Shown: positions 12,994 to 42,480 of the stretch, piece by piece | Layout: each line of letters starts with the position of its first letter | Position numbering within the stretch: the first letter of the stretch is position 1 | Origin: Salpingoeca rosetta | Lineage: Eukaryota > Protista > Choanoflagellata | Length of the DNA stretch: 64,000 nt | Assembly (NCBI GenBank): GCA_033442325.1 | Contig: JAWQFM010000012.1 | Location: forward strand, 1,411,793 to 1,475,792 | Reading direction: 5' to 3' | Notes under the pieces: model-generated | The model's input: only the letters and a program-made list of their open reading frames with translations | The model's database searches: none | Told to the model about the DNA's origin: nothing | Made by a program: the position numbers and the translations under genes

Positions 12994-14208
12994 TGCGCAC
13001 GGGACGTTACACCTCGAACGACTGTGATGATGGTTGCACGACCCACATGACGCCGCCGTGCACGTATGTGCGTGCCTATTACTATTTTTACTTAGTCATC
13101 CTCTTATGTCTCTCTTCCTGCGTGTGCCACCACAACCACCCATGGCAGGCAAAGTGCAGAAGGTGCTGACGAGCACGGATGTGCTGGACAAGTGGATTCG
13201 TGACAAGAACCCGACGGACACGGAGTACAACCAGGCGTGCACCAACTTCATGCTGTCGTGTGTCGGCTACTCCATCGCCACGTATGTGCTTGGCATCGCT
13301 GATCGCCACAACGACAACATCATGGTCAAGGAGAGCGGACAGCTCTTCCACATTGACTTTGGCCACTTCCTTGGCAACTGGAAATCAAAGTTTGGTGCGT
13401 TGAACAATAATGCGTGCATGTGTGTGTGTGTTGCTTGTGTTTGCATGCGTGCATGTATGCGTGTGTGCTTGCGTATGTGTGCATGTACGTTTGCTTTTGT
13501 TTTGCGCGCTGTACCTTTGCATGCGTGCCATGGTTCCTTTGTACTCCCGTTACTTTTGGTCTCGAGCGTCGCCCAGATTGCCAAGCCACATCCTCACCCC
13601 GCCTCGTTGTCGCCTCGTTTTGACCACCCCCATACCCACCGCCGCACTGCAGGCATCAAACGCGAGCGCGTCAAGTTCATCCTCGTCCATGATTTCGTGG
13701 AAGTCATCACGCAGGGCCAGGGCACCACCAGTCCACGGGTACGTGTTGCTCAGCCCGACCTCCCCTGCGCTGTGGCACAAGTGGCACAAGTGGCAGCCAC
13801 CTCGTGCATGCCGATACCGCCACCTCACCACCTCACTGCTTCTTTCGCGCCCCCTCGCTCCACTCACCAAGCACCAACCAACCACCCACACCACTCACTC
13901 ACTCCATCTACTCGCACCAACCACTCACACCTACTTACTCACACCATGCAGTGGGCCGAGTTCAAGGAGCTGTGTGCGCGCGCGTTCCGCATTGTGCGGC
14001 GCAAGGCCAACCTGTTTATCAACCTGCTGAACATGATGCTGTCCACGGGCATTCCCGAGCTCAAGTCGCACGGGGACGTGGCGTATCTGCGCAGCACCCT
14101 CTTCCTCGACGACTCCGAGGAGGTTGCCGTCGACAACTTCATGAAGGAGGTGCGCTCCTCGCCGCAATTTTGTTTGAACAGGACATGTGTTGTTGTGTAT
14201 GTGCGTGC

Positions 14209-14260
<52 letters not shown>

Positions 14261-14402
14261 GCGTGTGTGTGTGTGTGTGCGTGTGCGTGCATGTGCGTGT
14301 TGATTGGATGTGCTTGCGAGCACCACTCGCGCCATTTTCAAGGCTGCCTCGATGTAAACTGCTCACTCACTCAACTGTTTAACACGACACAACACACACA
14401 CA

Positions 14403-14492
<90 letters not shown>

Positions 14493-14570
14493 GTTCAGGT
14501 TGATATTGCGCTCAAGGACAGCAAGAGTGTGAAGGTGAACTGGGCCTTCCACGGTGCCAAGCACGGCTAA
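7602..14570 (+). CDS. PIK3CA-like: Class I phosphoinositide 3-kinase catalytic subunit (p110-like), multi-exon
   Basis: Adaptor-binding domain [13 protein letters not shown]...[13 protein letters not shown]. Ras-binding domain [17 protein letters not shown]2 domain [15 protein letters not shown] and FPLAWVN. Kinase motifs [22 protein letters not shown] and [30 protein letters not shown]-terminus [11 protein letters not shown]. Most of the helical domain falls in the N gap. Confidence 0.95.
11928..12161. other. Assembly gap (234 N) inside the PI3K gene
   Basis: N run flanked by (CA)n. Confidence 0.99.
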
Positions 14571-14800
14571 ACAAGGACCGAGAACATGCCCACTCCCGCT
14601 GCTTGCTTGCTTTGTGTGCATCTCTGCTCCCACCTCCCCCACTCCCAACCCACTGTTTTGTTCTTTCCTCATGCGATTGTTTCCCTGGTTTTGAGTGCTC
14701 TGCTTCTTTGCTGACTGCCAATGAACAGCGGCGACGAGACAAAGCAAGGCAAGCCAGCAGCGACCCAAGAAGCTTGCAACGCACCAACGATGAGTTGCAA

Positions 14801-14860
<60 letters not shown>

Positions 14861-14865
14861 GGTGG

Positions 14866-15772
14866 CTACAACATCATGAGGAGCAGGTAGAGGAGCCCGG
14901 CAAGGGCACACAGGGCAGTGAGAGCAATGCATGTATTGAGGGAGAGAAAGCGATTTGCGTCGCGGTAACCGGGCCATGGGAACTCGTGCGCGTGGTTGAG
15001 CAGCAGCGAGCATCCAGATCGCGTGATAACGGTGCCGTCTGAGCGCAGCAGAATCAGGGTCGGCAGCATCCACACACGGAAGAACGCAAACAGTATGCTG
15101 GGGGAAGCAGGGAAGTCTGGAAGCGTCAGCCATGGCATGCTGGAGAAGTAGCCCACAAAGTCATGCTGGGACGTATCCCCACTCACAAACACCATCTCAA
15201 AGCTGCGATTTCTTCGTCGAAGGTCATTGTACACCTCGACCAGCTTCGGCGTCATCTTTCGGCACGCCGGGCACTACAGTGCAGTGTGCATGTGCGCACG
15301 TGTACATACGTGAGCGTGCGTGTGTGTGTGCGCACGTGTACATACGTGAGCGTGCGTGTGTGCGTGTGTGCGTGTGAACATGTGCGTGTGTGCGTGAACA
15401 TGTGTGTGTGTGCGTGAACATGTGCGTGTGTGCGTGAACATGTGTGTGCGTGAACATGTGTGTGTGTGTGTGTGTGTGCGTGTAAGAGGAGGGCGTGGCC
15501 GCTGTCTCACCATCTGGGTGCACCAGTCATATTCAGAACGCGCAGAAAGCCAGCTCCGCCCCGCCCCCCTCCTCCGTCTTCGCTCCCAGATCGCTGCTCA
15601 TCCCCCCCCCGCGTCTGTTCTGCTTGAAACGTACCGAATATGATGAGAAGTAGAGTCCCACAACCTCATTCTGCTCCAACACCTCGGAGAACTGCTTGTG
15701 GTTGTATGCTGCGTCCACCACTGTCGGGCACCGCCTTGTCAACTCAACAACAGCACCCGCGATCTTCGCCAT
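14866..15772 (-). CDS. Nucleoredoxin/tryparedoxin-like thioredoxin-fold protein with a C-terminal transmembrane tail, 2 exons
   Basis: Exon 1 MAKIAG...NEVVGLYFSSYS joins in phase 0 to CPACRKMTPKLVEVYNDL...FEMVFVSGD...YFSSMPWLTLP...PTLILLRSDGTVITRSG...FPW. This is the nucleoredoxin pattern LYFSAxWCPPC. The protein ends in hydrophobic CIALTALCALAGLLYLLLMML*. Confidence 0.85.
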
Positions 15773-15842
15773 CTTGGTTGGACGGTGTTTGTAGAAATGT
15801 GTGCGAAGATTTCCGTTAATACTCGGCGGACAGCGGAACGTG
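15773..15842. promoter_or_regulatory. Putative compact bidirectional promoter
   Basis: Only 70 bp separate the divergent ATGs of the nucleoredoxin-like gene (15772) and RSAD1 (15843). Confidence 0.55.
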
Positions 15843-16376
15843 ATGAGGAGCGCTGCAAAGCGGCTGTTGTCAGCTCGCACAACCATCGCTCACCAATCTG
15901 CAGCAGCCACGACAGGCGCCGGCTGTTGCTCCCTGCTGTCTGGTGTGAAGAGCCTGTACTTGCACTGGCCCTTCTGCGCTGGTATCTGCCATTACTGCGA
16001 TTTTAACAAGTTCAAGGCGCCCAGGAACGGCGGTCGCGATGGCGTCGTGGAGCAACTCGAACAGGCAATGCTGCAGTGCGCGTCAGACCACTTTAGCCGG
16101 CACGAAGAGGAGTGCCAGGTGCATTCTGTGTTCTGGGGCGGAGGGACACCATCCTTAGCAAGGGCAGAGTTTATAGCAGAGCTTCACAGCCGCTTGCCCC
16201 TCTCTACCGCGACCGAAGTCACGTTGGAGGCCAACCCGACCGCGGGCATTGCTCCCACGCTCACCGCGCTTCACCAAGCCGGCATCAACCGACTCTCGGT
16301 GAGAGTATGCGAGATTGATTGCGTGCATGTGTGAGAGCTTTTGCACGTGTGAGTGTGTTTGTGCGTGTCTGCGAGA

Positions 16377-16416
<40 letters not shown>

Positions 16417-17378
16417 GAGGGCAGGCATTTTGAACGAGTGTACGCGGGGGTGATAACATTGTTTGCTTCACATGCGCGCTTTGATGTGGTGCAAAGATTG
16501 GCGTGCAGTCGTTCCGAGACGCCGACCTGAAGGTGCTTGGACGTCAACATTCGTATAAAGATGCAATCAAGAGCATCGAAGCTGCCACCAGCATATTTGG
16601 AGAAAACAACGTCTCTATTGACTTGTACGTTGCACATTGACAGATGTGGTGTGTGTGTGTGTGTGTGAGTGTGTGTGAGCGTCGTTGACCGACTTCTTGA
16701 TCAAGTGCGTGCGACTGTTCCTGCGCAGACTCACACAAACATACACACCTGCACACACACATGCACACACATGTACACATACACGCACACACGCACACAC
16801 ACACACACACACGCACGCACGCACGCACACATGCACACACATGCACACACAAACTCTCTCACACTCTCAATGTGCTGCGTGTGCAGAATGTATGGTTTAC
16901 CAGGGCAAACGGTGGCCGCATGGGATGAAGTCCTGGAGCTTGCACTGAGTTTCAACCTCGGCCATATGTCCCTGTATGAGCTGACAATCAAGCCTAACAC
17001 TCGCTTCCACAAGCTCCAACAGTGAGTTTGCAGGGCAGAAGTGCAGTTGTGTGAGTGCCATGTGTTACATACGTGTATGTACACACACACACATACACAT
17101 ACACACACACACACTCTCTCTCTCACACACTCACACACTCACTCACTCTCTTTGTCTCTGTGTGTCTGTCTCCGACTCTGTTACTCTGTCTACCGCTGTG
17201 TGCACGCGTTCAATCCGCTGCTCTTCCGCCTTCCGTAGAGCTGGAAAGTTTCATCATGAGCCGCTCGAGGATCTGTACTTCCACGCCGCCAACAAGGTCA
17301 GCGAGCACATGATTTCAACTGCACGCACAGCCTGCTTTGAATAGCACGCCCAAGGACCAGCATTGGCTCACAATTGCA

Positions 17379-17455
<77 letters not shown>

Positions 17456-17719
17456 AACTTGATTGTGGTCTTGCGCAGCTGGTGAGCCGTGGGTATGACC
17501 ATTATGAGGTCAGCAACTACTGCAAACCGGGGCGGGAAGCGCAGCACAACGTGCATCACTGGCAAGGCGGCGAGTATGTTGGCATTGGACCAGGGGCAGT
17601 GGGTCGATACACACGCAACAGCGAGGTGGTCCTCGCTGAACCATACATGAAACCAAAGGTGGGCATGGAGTATGTGCGAGTACATTTGCAACCCTATTAG
17701 TGAGTGCGTGTGTGTGTGT

Positions 17720-17790
<71 letters not shown>

Positions 17791-17805
17791 TGAGTGCGTG
17801 CGTGC

Positions 17806-17856
<51 letters not shown>

Positions 17857-18519
17857 TGTGTGTGTGTGTGTGTGTTCTTGCTTGCCTATCTATCCCCCCC
17901 CCCTCTCCTCCTCCCCATCCGCCCACCGCTCTCTCTCCTCCAGCTCTCCTCCCTCCTCCTTGTTTCCACGCCTCACCTTCACTTGCTGCTGCATCCATTG
18001 CCAGGATTGGATTGCATCTGTGCGCCGTGGCGAGCGAGGCGTCGAGTCCTACACACCGATGCCCAGCGATGAAGTGATGGCATACACACTGGTGAGAGGC
18101 GTGCACGCGTGCCCCGTCAACACAGACTTTGGTGCCCTGACTCTCTCAAGTCCCTGATCAACTGCTCGCATTGACACTTCGCCTACTTCTCAGCTCTCGC
18201 TGCCCCTCATCACTCTTGTTGCGGTGCGCAGGCGACTGGGCTGCGGATGCGATGTGGGGTGTGTCTGCAGCACTTCGGCGCGCGATTTGGCCCGGCCCTG
18301 ACCACGGCGCTCACTTCCTCTCCGCTTGCACGGCAGCTGCTGGAGCTCGGGTACGTTGACGTCGTGGATGGCGCAGGCAACACAGGTGGTGAGGGCCGTG
18401 CCTTTGGGGGTGGATCGTCACGGCAGCGGCTCGTGCCGACGGAGAAGGGGATGGCAGTCGGAGATGCTGTGCAGGAACAGCTGTGCACTGCTGTATTTGA
18501 CGTGTTCGCGCATGCTTGA
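15843..18519 (+). CDS. RSAD1: Radical SAM heme chaperone RSAD1/HemW-like, probably mitochondrial
   Basis: Motifs [20 protein letters not shown] (CxxxCxxC), [45 protein letters not shown] and HYEVSNYC...HNVHHW...YVGIGPGA. The N-terminus [12 protein letters not shown] is Arg/Ala/Ser-rich like a presequence. Confidence 0.92.
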
Positions 18520-18968
18520 ACTCAACGCAACTTATTCAAGCCTGCCAGGCGTATATTTGGCTGTGTGTGCGCGTGTGCGCGTGTGTGCGTGTGTGTGTGT
18601 GTGTGGAGCTGCTTGGGCTGTAGAGGTGCATTATATTGGTGGATTAGCACCTGGAAACGATTGGCTGTTGACACGATTTGCACATTACAGACTGTGTAGT
18701 TGAGATGTTTACTCCTTTGTGAGTGGAGGATGGAAAGAAGGCACAGTAACGACAGAAACAAGCGCACGCCCGAGTACGCATTCACACACACACACAGACA
18801 CACACAGACACGCATTCACACACAGACACAGACACAGACACACAGACACAGACACACAGATTCACACAGACACACACATTCACACACATTCACACACATT
18901 CACACACACTCACACACATTCACACACACACACACACACACGAACACCCCCCCCCTCCCGACCCCATA

Positions 18969-20297
18969 TCAGATGACGTTGTAGAAGTAGTCAAGGCCTT
19001 GGCCAATCTCCCAGATGCAAATGCCAACGCCAAGCTCATTGGCAAGCGCAATGCGTTCCTGGATGGACCGCTCCGTCGGATAGTACAGCGCAACTGGTTG
19101 GCTGCTTGCCGTAGGCTTCACAACGTGTTCCCGCGCACCCTCGTTCCAGGACATGGTGACGTGGTCCTTGGACTCTGCGAGCATGGTCACAAAGTCGCGC
19201 CCAAGGATGGGGCGGCCGCCTTCTGGCGTGAACAGGTTGCCGTAGAAGTTGAGCCCCAGCAGCAGCTGCTCCGGTTTGGCTCGGCCGCGCTGCGTCGCAC
19301 GCAGCAGCGTCTCCAGGGTGGACCGCACCCACTTGTACGGCGCGTTGGGCCCCGCGGTGCCGCCAGCCGAGTAGTCGTATGTGTTGATGCTGAAGTAGCT
19401 CACCGTGGAGGCGAGCTTGTCAAAGTCCGCGTGTCCAAAGCTGCTGCTCACGGGCGGCACCACCAGGATGAGCTCGAGGTTGTTGCGGCGCATACCGTCG
19501 CCCAGGAACGACACGAGCTGGGTCAACGCAGACCGGATCTCCGGCGAGATCTGCAGCCTGCTCCACAGCTCCAGCACGAGGCCGTCAAACTTGTTGCGCG
19601 AGCACACGTCCAAGAGCTTGCTGAGGACCTCCTGTTGCTTGTCTCTGTTTGGGCTGAGGACGCTCATCATGGCGGGGCCCTCCACCAGGATTCGGGGCAC
19701 AACCTTGGCGACGCGGTTTGTGCCCGGCGCCGGCCGCCGCACATCAGCCACCCAGCCCAGGTCTATGTCGTGCTCGCCATTGACGACGAAGCGCCCGCCG
19801 TCCACGTTCAGCTGCAGCCACACGGGCGAGACGTGGCTGAACTTGCCCAAGAACCGCTTGGCCACGTCGTAGCCCTTGTTGTTCCATGGCGTGACGTATG
19901 CCAGTGTTGCGCGCGGATACACGGCTGAGCTGTGCTCGTGCTCCGGGTCCACACGGCTGTGCGTGTCCAGCACGTGCTGGATCAGCGACGGTGGGTCACT
20001 GTCGCCGGCATGCTCGCTGTCGCTGCTTGTATCACCGTCAGCGCTTGGCGATGTGTTGCTGTGCGGTCGGTTGTTGAGGGTTGTGCTGCACCACCACTGC
20101 GCACCCATCCACACCGCAACGCCCAGCACCAGCACTGCCAGCACCACTGACAGCGGGGACAGAGCAGGCGTTGACCCTGCCTGCTTCGCCGCCTTCTTCC
20201 TTCCACCGATGCTGCTGCTACTGCTCTTCTTTGTCTTCTTGGCAGCAGCAGCAGCGGCAGCGGCGGCCCCTGCGTTGCCCTTGCCCTTCTTCGCCAT
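18969..20297 (-). CDS. CHID1: Chitinase domain-containing protein 1 (GH18-like, probably inactive), intronless
   Basis: Motifs TLAYVTPWNNKGYDVAKRF..KFSHVSPVWLQ, HDIDLGW, FDGLVLELW (degenerate DxDxE), TYDYS..GPNAP..WV, LLGLNFYG and IWEIGQGLDYFYNVI*. A basic N-terminal tail is followed by a transmembrane helix. Confidence 0.93.
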   Translation of the reverse strand: MAKKGKGNAGAAAAAAAAAKKTKKSSSSSIGGRKKAAKQAGSTPALSPLSVVLAVLVLGVAVWMGAQWWCSTTLNNRPHSNTSPSADGDTSSDSEHAGDSDPPSLIQHVLDTHSRVDPEHEHSSAVYPRATLAYVTPWNNKGYDVAKRFLGKFSHVSPVWLQLNVDGGRFVVNGEHDIDLGWVADVRRPAPGTNRVAKVVPRILVEGPAMMSVLSPNRDKQQEVLSKLLDVCSRNKFDGLVLELWSRLQISPEIRSALTQLVSFLGDGMRRNNLELILVVPPVSSSFGHADFDKLASTVSYFSINTYDYSAGGTAGPNAPYKWVRSTLETLLRATQRGRAKPEQLLLGLNFYGNLFTPEGGRPILGRDFVTMLAESKDHVTMSWNEGAREHVVKPTASSQPVALYYPTERSIQERIALANELGVGICIWEIGQGLDYFYNVI

Positions 20298-20420
20298 TGT
20301 CCAGTCGTGTTCAGTGTTGTGTGTGGGCTGTGGTCTTTGGTTGTTTATGTGTGGTGGCCGTTGTGCAATCTCAATGAATGCATGGACATGCATGCCTGGC
20401 GCCGATGGGTGATGTTTTGA

Positions 20421-23032
<2,612 letters not shown>

Positions 23033-23225
23033 CCTTTCAAACCCTCACTGACTCACTCACTCACACACGCACAACAAGACAAGAATGGATGGAGAGGAGA
23101 CACAAGCAAGCAAGTAGGTCGTCTGGACAGCAACGTCGGAAGGACAGCGACTGACGAAAATTGTTGGAAATTGTTCACCAGTTGTCAGTACCCGCCACAA
23201 CAACCAACAACAACAACGACAGTCG

Positions 23226-24850
23226 ATGACGGCGAAGCGGAGCAAGGTGGCGCCCAGCGCACGGCTGGGGCAGCTGTACGGCGGCATGAAGTTTGGGGAG
23301 GAGATGAACGTGCTTGAGGAGCACGTGATGAGGACAGGCCTTGCTGACACCATCAAAACCGTCTTGGGCATTGATTTGGTTGGCCCTTGTCAAGTGCTGC
23401 ACAGCGTGGACAAGCCACAAACGAAGGACCTTCACTGCTGGCACAGGCATGTGTGCGTGTGTGGTGGTAGTCTGCGCGTGCGTGTGTGTGGTGGTGGTGA
23501 TTGGGACAGAAACACAGTGGCTTGGTGCAGTCTGTGTGTGTGTGTGTGTTTGTATGTGTGTCTGGGTGTGTCTGTGCTTCTGTGTGAGCTTGTGAACTTG
23601 TTTGTCCTCACATCATGTTACCTGTCGCATCTGACACTGCTACTGCTGCAGATACAACTTTGATCCACCAGAGTGCATGACTGTTGCCGTTCGTAAGTGA
23701 AGTTGAATGCTGCTATGAACTGAATAGCGAGGCCAGTGAAAGGGTCTGCAAGACGGGCTGTTGGTTGTTGTCGTGCTGTGGTTCACTTGTTCGCTCACAC
23801 GCACACACAAAACACACACTTTTACACACACACACACACACTTTCACACACACACACACACACTTTCACACACACGCATACACGCACACACACACACACC
23901 TTCACACACACTTTTACACACGCACACACATTTTCACACACACACACACATTTCCGCACAACACCAACCGCATGCGCATTTCTTTCTCAGGTCATGCAAC
24001 AAAGGAGCACTGGTGCTATTTCAGGGACGACCCAAGTGAGACCCCAGTGATGGTGGTGCATAACAAGGCAAGCGATGGTGGTGTGTATGGCGATGCAGGC
24101 GACTCGATACTGGCATTGCTCGTGGCGGAGTGCAAGGCAGCAGACCGCAAGCGCGACGCGTCAGAGCTCCGACAGAAGCTCCAGGACCTGGCCAAGAAGT
24201 ACAACATACCATTGACGCTGGGAAAAGCGAAGCGGAAACGCAAGGCCAAGGTCAATGCGCCCACGTTCTCCGGCATCGGCATCTGTGTTCCCTTTGATGA
24301 AGACACCGAGATTGGATATCGCCCCCTCTCCGTGAGCGACAAGAAGCTTCGGTCCATCTTGGACGCCATTGTCAAGGCTAAACGCAAGGTACAGTGTGCG
24401 TGCGTGTGCGTGCGTGCATGTACATGTGTGTGCCTGTGTGCGTGTACGTGCGTGCATATATGTGTCTGTGTACGTGTACGTGCGTGTACGTGCGCGTGTG
24501 TTTGTGCGTGCGTACATCTGTGCGTACGTGTCTGTGTCTGTCTGTACATCCGTACATGTTTTCGTCCACTTGCGTCTGTCCGCACGCGTACATCTGTGTG
24601 TGCGCACGTGTCTATCCGTCAGGGTTGTCTCCCTGTCTGTGCCATGTTCTCCCTCCACCTCTCCATGTATCCTTGCTGCTGCTTCCCATGCTCATCTTTC
24701 AGCTGACACGCCACTGCTCGCTTTGCTCGCACGAAAATCAGAACCAAACCCCCGACTATTCGCAGCTTGATCTGCTCGTGCAATACGCCAACATCTCCAA
24801 CGACGAGTTTGACTTTGGCCAGGCCCTCCAGCTCGGTGCGTGCGTGTTTG

Positions 24851-24918
<68 letters not shown>

Positions 24919-25197
24919 ATGAGTGCATGTGTGTGTGTGTCATGTGTGCGTGTGTGCATGCGTGGGTGAGAGGCTTATGGCTTCTGTGTTTTCCCTCCGT
25001 CTCATCTGCATTCCCCTTTGACCGATTCCTCCAGGTCTGGACTTGTATGCCCACTCGCTTATCTTCAAGACGGATGCCCTTCATCTTCTGGCACCAACAT
25101 ACGCCCTGCTCCAAAGGTGCGACACGCACACGCAACAAGAATACACAAATAAATGACACACGCACACACACTCTCTCACTCTTCCACTCTCACTACG

Positions 25198-25238
<41 letters not shown>

Positions 25239-25457
25239 TCACACATTCACATACACATAATACGCACTCACCTCAACCCATCACACCAAAGGGACGTGTT
25301 TGCTGATATCCTTGAGCGGTTTACGCCACGACGCGGGCAGGGGTGGAAGGAAGCGGGGGAGCTGCGAACCCTCGAGGCTGCGCAGCCCGAGCACGACGGT
25401 GACAGTGAAGGCGGTGATGATGATGACGATGATGATGACGATGATGGTGGTGGTTGA
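23226..25457 (+). CDS. HPF1: Histone PARylation factor 1
   Basis: Motifs [42 protein letters not shown] and [20 protein letters not shown] (catalytic ND-E), then [14 protein letters not shown] and an acidic tail. Confidence 0.9.
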
Positions 25458-25551
25458 GGAAGGACGAGGTGAAAATAAATAAAATTGGCCAATCATTTTG
25501 CAGCAAACATTCACCCACGTGGTTGTTGTCGATGTTGATGTGAAAGCGCAC

Positions 25552-31043
<5,492 letters not shown>

Positions 31044-31306
31044 TGTTGATGATGGGTGGTGGTGGTGGTGGTGGTGACGTGACATCGTGCTTGCTTGCTT
31101 GCTTGCTTCTTGCTTCTTGCTTTGTGTGTGAACAATAACAAAGGCTGAATTCAGTTTGATGAGTCATAGAAGTTGTGTGTCACGCTGGCGGAACAAGCGC
31201 ATTCATCGCACACAAGCAAACACCATTCCACACAGCAAACACCACACCACAGCACACTCGACGATACACCCGGCCACCACCCAAACTCGACCTGACGGGT
31301 GCTGTC

Positions 31307-39614
<8,308 letters not shown>

Positions 39615-40348
39615 TTGCCTGCGTGTGTGTGCGCGCGTGATTGATTGATCTGACGTAAGCGATGAAGTGTTTGTTTGACCTGAACCTAATTGTAACATAA
39701 TGTGTAACACATTAAATGACCCAACAAGCAACAATTATCAATGAATCAACTGAATCATGATGAGCTCGCAATACATACATCGAGGTGACGGGCATAATGA
39801 TATGACACTTGCCGTCGGCTACAATCCCACAAGATCAAATCGACACTACACATGGCAATACGTTTCTTTCGTTTGGATTGTTGATACTCACTCGAGGTTG
39901 AGTTTGACAGCAGGAGGGCGCGAACGCCACACCTGCCTGGGCAAAAATTGCCACGTTGAGACACCACATTCGTGATGTTCAGTCAGGTCAAGCTGGGCCG
40001 CGTGCAATGCCCAACTCTCGCCAACCCCGCAGCTGCTGCGTGATCCAGCATGCGAGACGTGCAGGTAAGTATGCCTCTGCTTGCCGTCCTTCCAGCATAT
40101 CAGAAAATTCATTCAGTTTGCACACTTGTGGGTTTCGGCGTGTGACTCAAAGTAAATTTAAATTATTGTTTTGAAGGACCTTTTGTTCACAGTCAGCAGT
40201 ACGCAAGAAGCAAGCAAGAAGCAACGAGCGATCACCATTCACGCCTCACTGACCGCACACTCACCCATCAACCACACATCACCTCACACCCACGTCAGTG
40301 CGCCAGCCAGACTGTTGTACTCCCCACGATCACACACACACACACACC

Positions 40349-42438
40349 ATGAGCGAGCCAAAGCGCGGTGATGAGGAAGCGCGTGAAGCGCAGCCTCCTC
40401 TCACAACAGAGGCAGGCAGGACACACACAGGCACTGGCACGTCTGGGGTGCCACGCATGCCGGGCGATTGGGTGTGCGATCAGTGCGGGGCGCTCAACAC
40501 GGAGCAGCAGTTCCCGTGCACCCAGTGCCGGTACCCCTTGTTCGAGCTGGAGGACGCGCACCGGCAAGAGGCGGGGGTGTTTGAGGGCCGCCACTCAAGC
40601 GTGTCTGTGGAGCCAAACGCACAGAACCCGCACGCCGGGTCCCGCGGTCGGCCACGCGACGCTGGGCCGCCGCAACGGGAGCCCACCACCCCAATCGAGC
40701 GAACATTCGCCCAGCTCTCCGTGGAAGAGAAGGAGGGCCTGGCTGCGCCTGTTCCCCACCTCAACTGGCAGTGCCCCGTCTGCTACGTGATCGGCGCCGA
40801 GGCACCGTGCGTCTGCTGCGGCTATGACCCAGACACCACAGAGCTGCCTGTGCTCGCAGCCGCAGAGGCGCAGGAGGAAGCAGAGGAGGAAGAGCGCTCG
40901 CTCTACGAACAACAGCTCGCAGCCGGCACCAAGATTGTCGGTAAGCCACCTGCGTCCGTGTGCGGCTATAAGTGTCATCCGGCTGTGTTTGTGCGAATGA
41001 ACAAGTTCGCGACCAGTTTGGATCGAGGCGACTTGTCCTGTGCCCGTGGGCGTGTGTTGCTTCCCACTCGAACGTGACACCCTTCCACCTACATTCACAC
41101 ACACACACACCCACACACACACCCACACACCACACACACTCATGGTGTGATTGCATGACAACAAAGAGGTAACCCACGGCGCGCAGGCAGGCCCGATTCC
41201 TCTGCGCAGCGGCGGGTTCCGGTTCCGCGTGTGGGCACCAAACGCACAGCGCGTCTTTGTCATGGGCGACTTCAACAGCTGGAAGGAACGCGACCAGGCG
41301 TGCGAGATGCGCAAGGAAACAAACCTCACGCACTGGCGCATCGACATCCCTGCTGCGCGCACAGGCCACCGCTACGCTTTTCTCGTCAAGTTCAGGCAAC
41401 CGGACAAGGAGTATATGAACATGAAGGACATGACCAGGCACCGCCCCTCGCGAAAGGATCGTTTTGTCTGGCGCGAGGACCCGCGTGCTCCGGTCAGGCA
41501 ACGAGCTGCAATGTCTCTGTATTTGTATTTGTGTGTGAGTGTGTGTATTTGTGTGAATGAGGAGTGAGTGTGTGTGTGTGTGTGAATGAGGAGTGAGTGT
41601 GTGTGTGTGTGTGAATGAGGAGTGAGTGTGTGTGTGTGTGAGTGTGCGAATGAGGAGTGAGTGTGTGTGTGTGTGTGAGTGTGTGTGTGAATGAGGAGTG
41701 AGTGAGTGAGTGAGCACGCGTGTATGTGCGTGTGTGCGTGTGCACCCTGTGATCGCCTCTGTCTGCCAGCCAGTCTGTCTATATCCGTCCGCCTGCCTCC
41801 CCATTCGTCGTTGACTCACTCACTTTCATTTCTCCTGCAACAGATGCTGGTGTCCTGCCATGAGCATCGCCGCCGCCACTTCTACAGCGTCCTTTGTGAG
41901 TTCGGGTTCACAATCTCGTGTACTGTCACTGCCATAACACACTGAACAGTGTGCCATTGTTCAGTGTTCATGTTCACATACGCACACACACACGCACGCG
42001 CGCGCGTGCACTTGACAATGTGCAGACGATCACTCTGAGTTTCCGTGGACTGACGGCGACTTCATACCGCCCCCAATCAACAAGCTCGTCCTGTATGAGG
42101 TGAGACAGCCACCACCGCAACACAATCGCCCATGCACCATGAAATCGATTTCTTCTCGCGCACACATGTGCACCCGTGCTTACCACGTGTACGTTTTGCT
42201 GTGCTGTGTTGGGTTGCGATGATGGGCTGTGACAGCTGCACGTGGCGTCGTTCTCCAAGGCGGACGGGCAAGACCACGGCACATTTGCATCCACCACTGC
42301 GCGTCTCGACTACCTGAAGAGCCTTGGCATCAACGCCATCGCCCTAATGCCCATCACCCACGACGACCACCCCAATGAACACCACAACATGCCGTGCTGG
42401 GGGTGAGTTGTTGTGTGCGTGCATGTGTGTGTGCAGTG

Positions 42439-42480
<42 letters not shown>

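Noticed and set aside
15508-15520. Minus-strand CAG|ATG|GTGAGA, a possible 3-nt microexon in the nucleoredoxin intron
   Set aside because: Direct exon joining already gives the correct YFSxxxCxxC spacing, so nothing requires it.
18999-19928. 309-aa plus-strand ORF; likewise minus-strand 25899-27398 and plus-strand ORFs within the transposase
   Set aside because: Antisense shadows of GC-rich real CDSs, with no recognisable motifs.
41552-41710. GAATGAGGAGTGAGT units separated by variable (GT)n, superficially CRISPR-like; similar 24-bp units at ~46035-46130
   Set aside because: The spacers are simple repeats inside a eukaryotic intron and there are no cas genes; this is an ordinary compound minisatellite.
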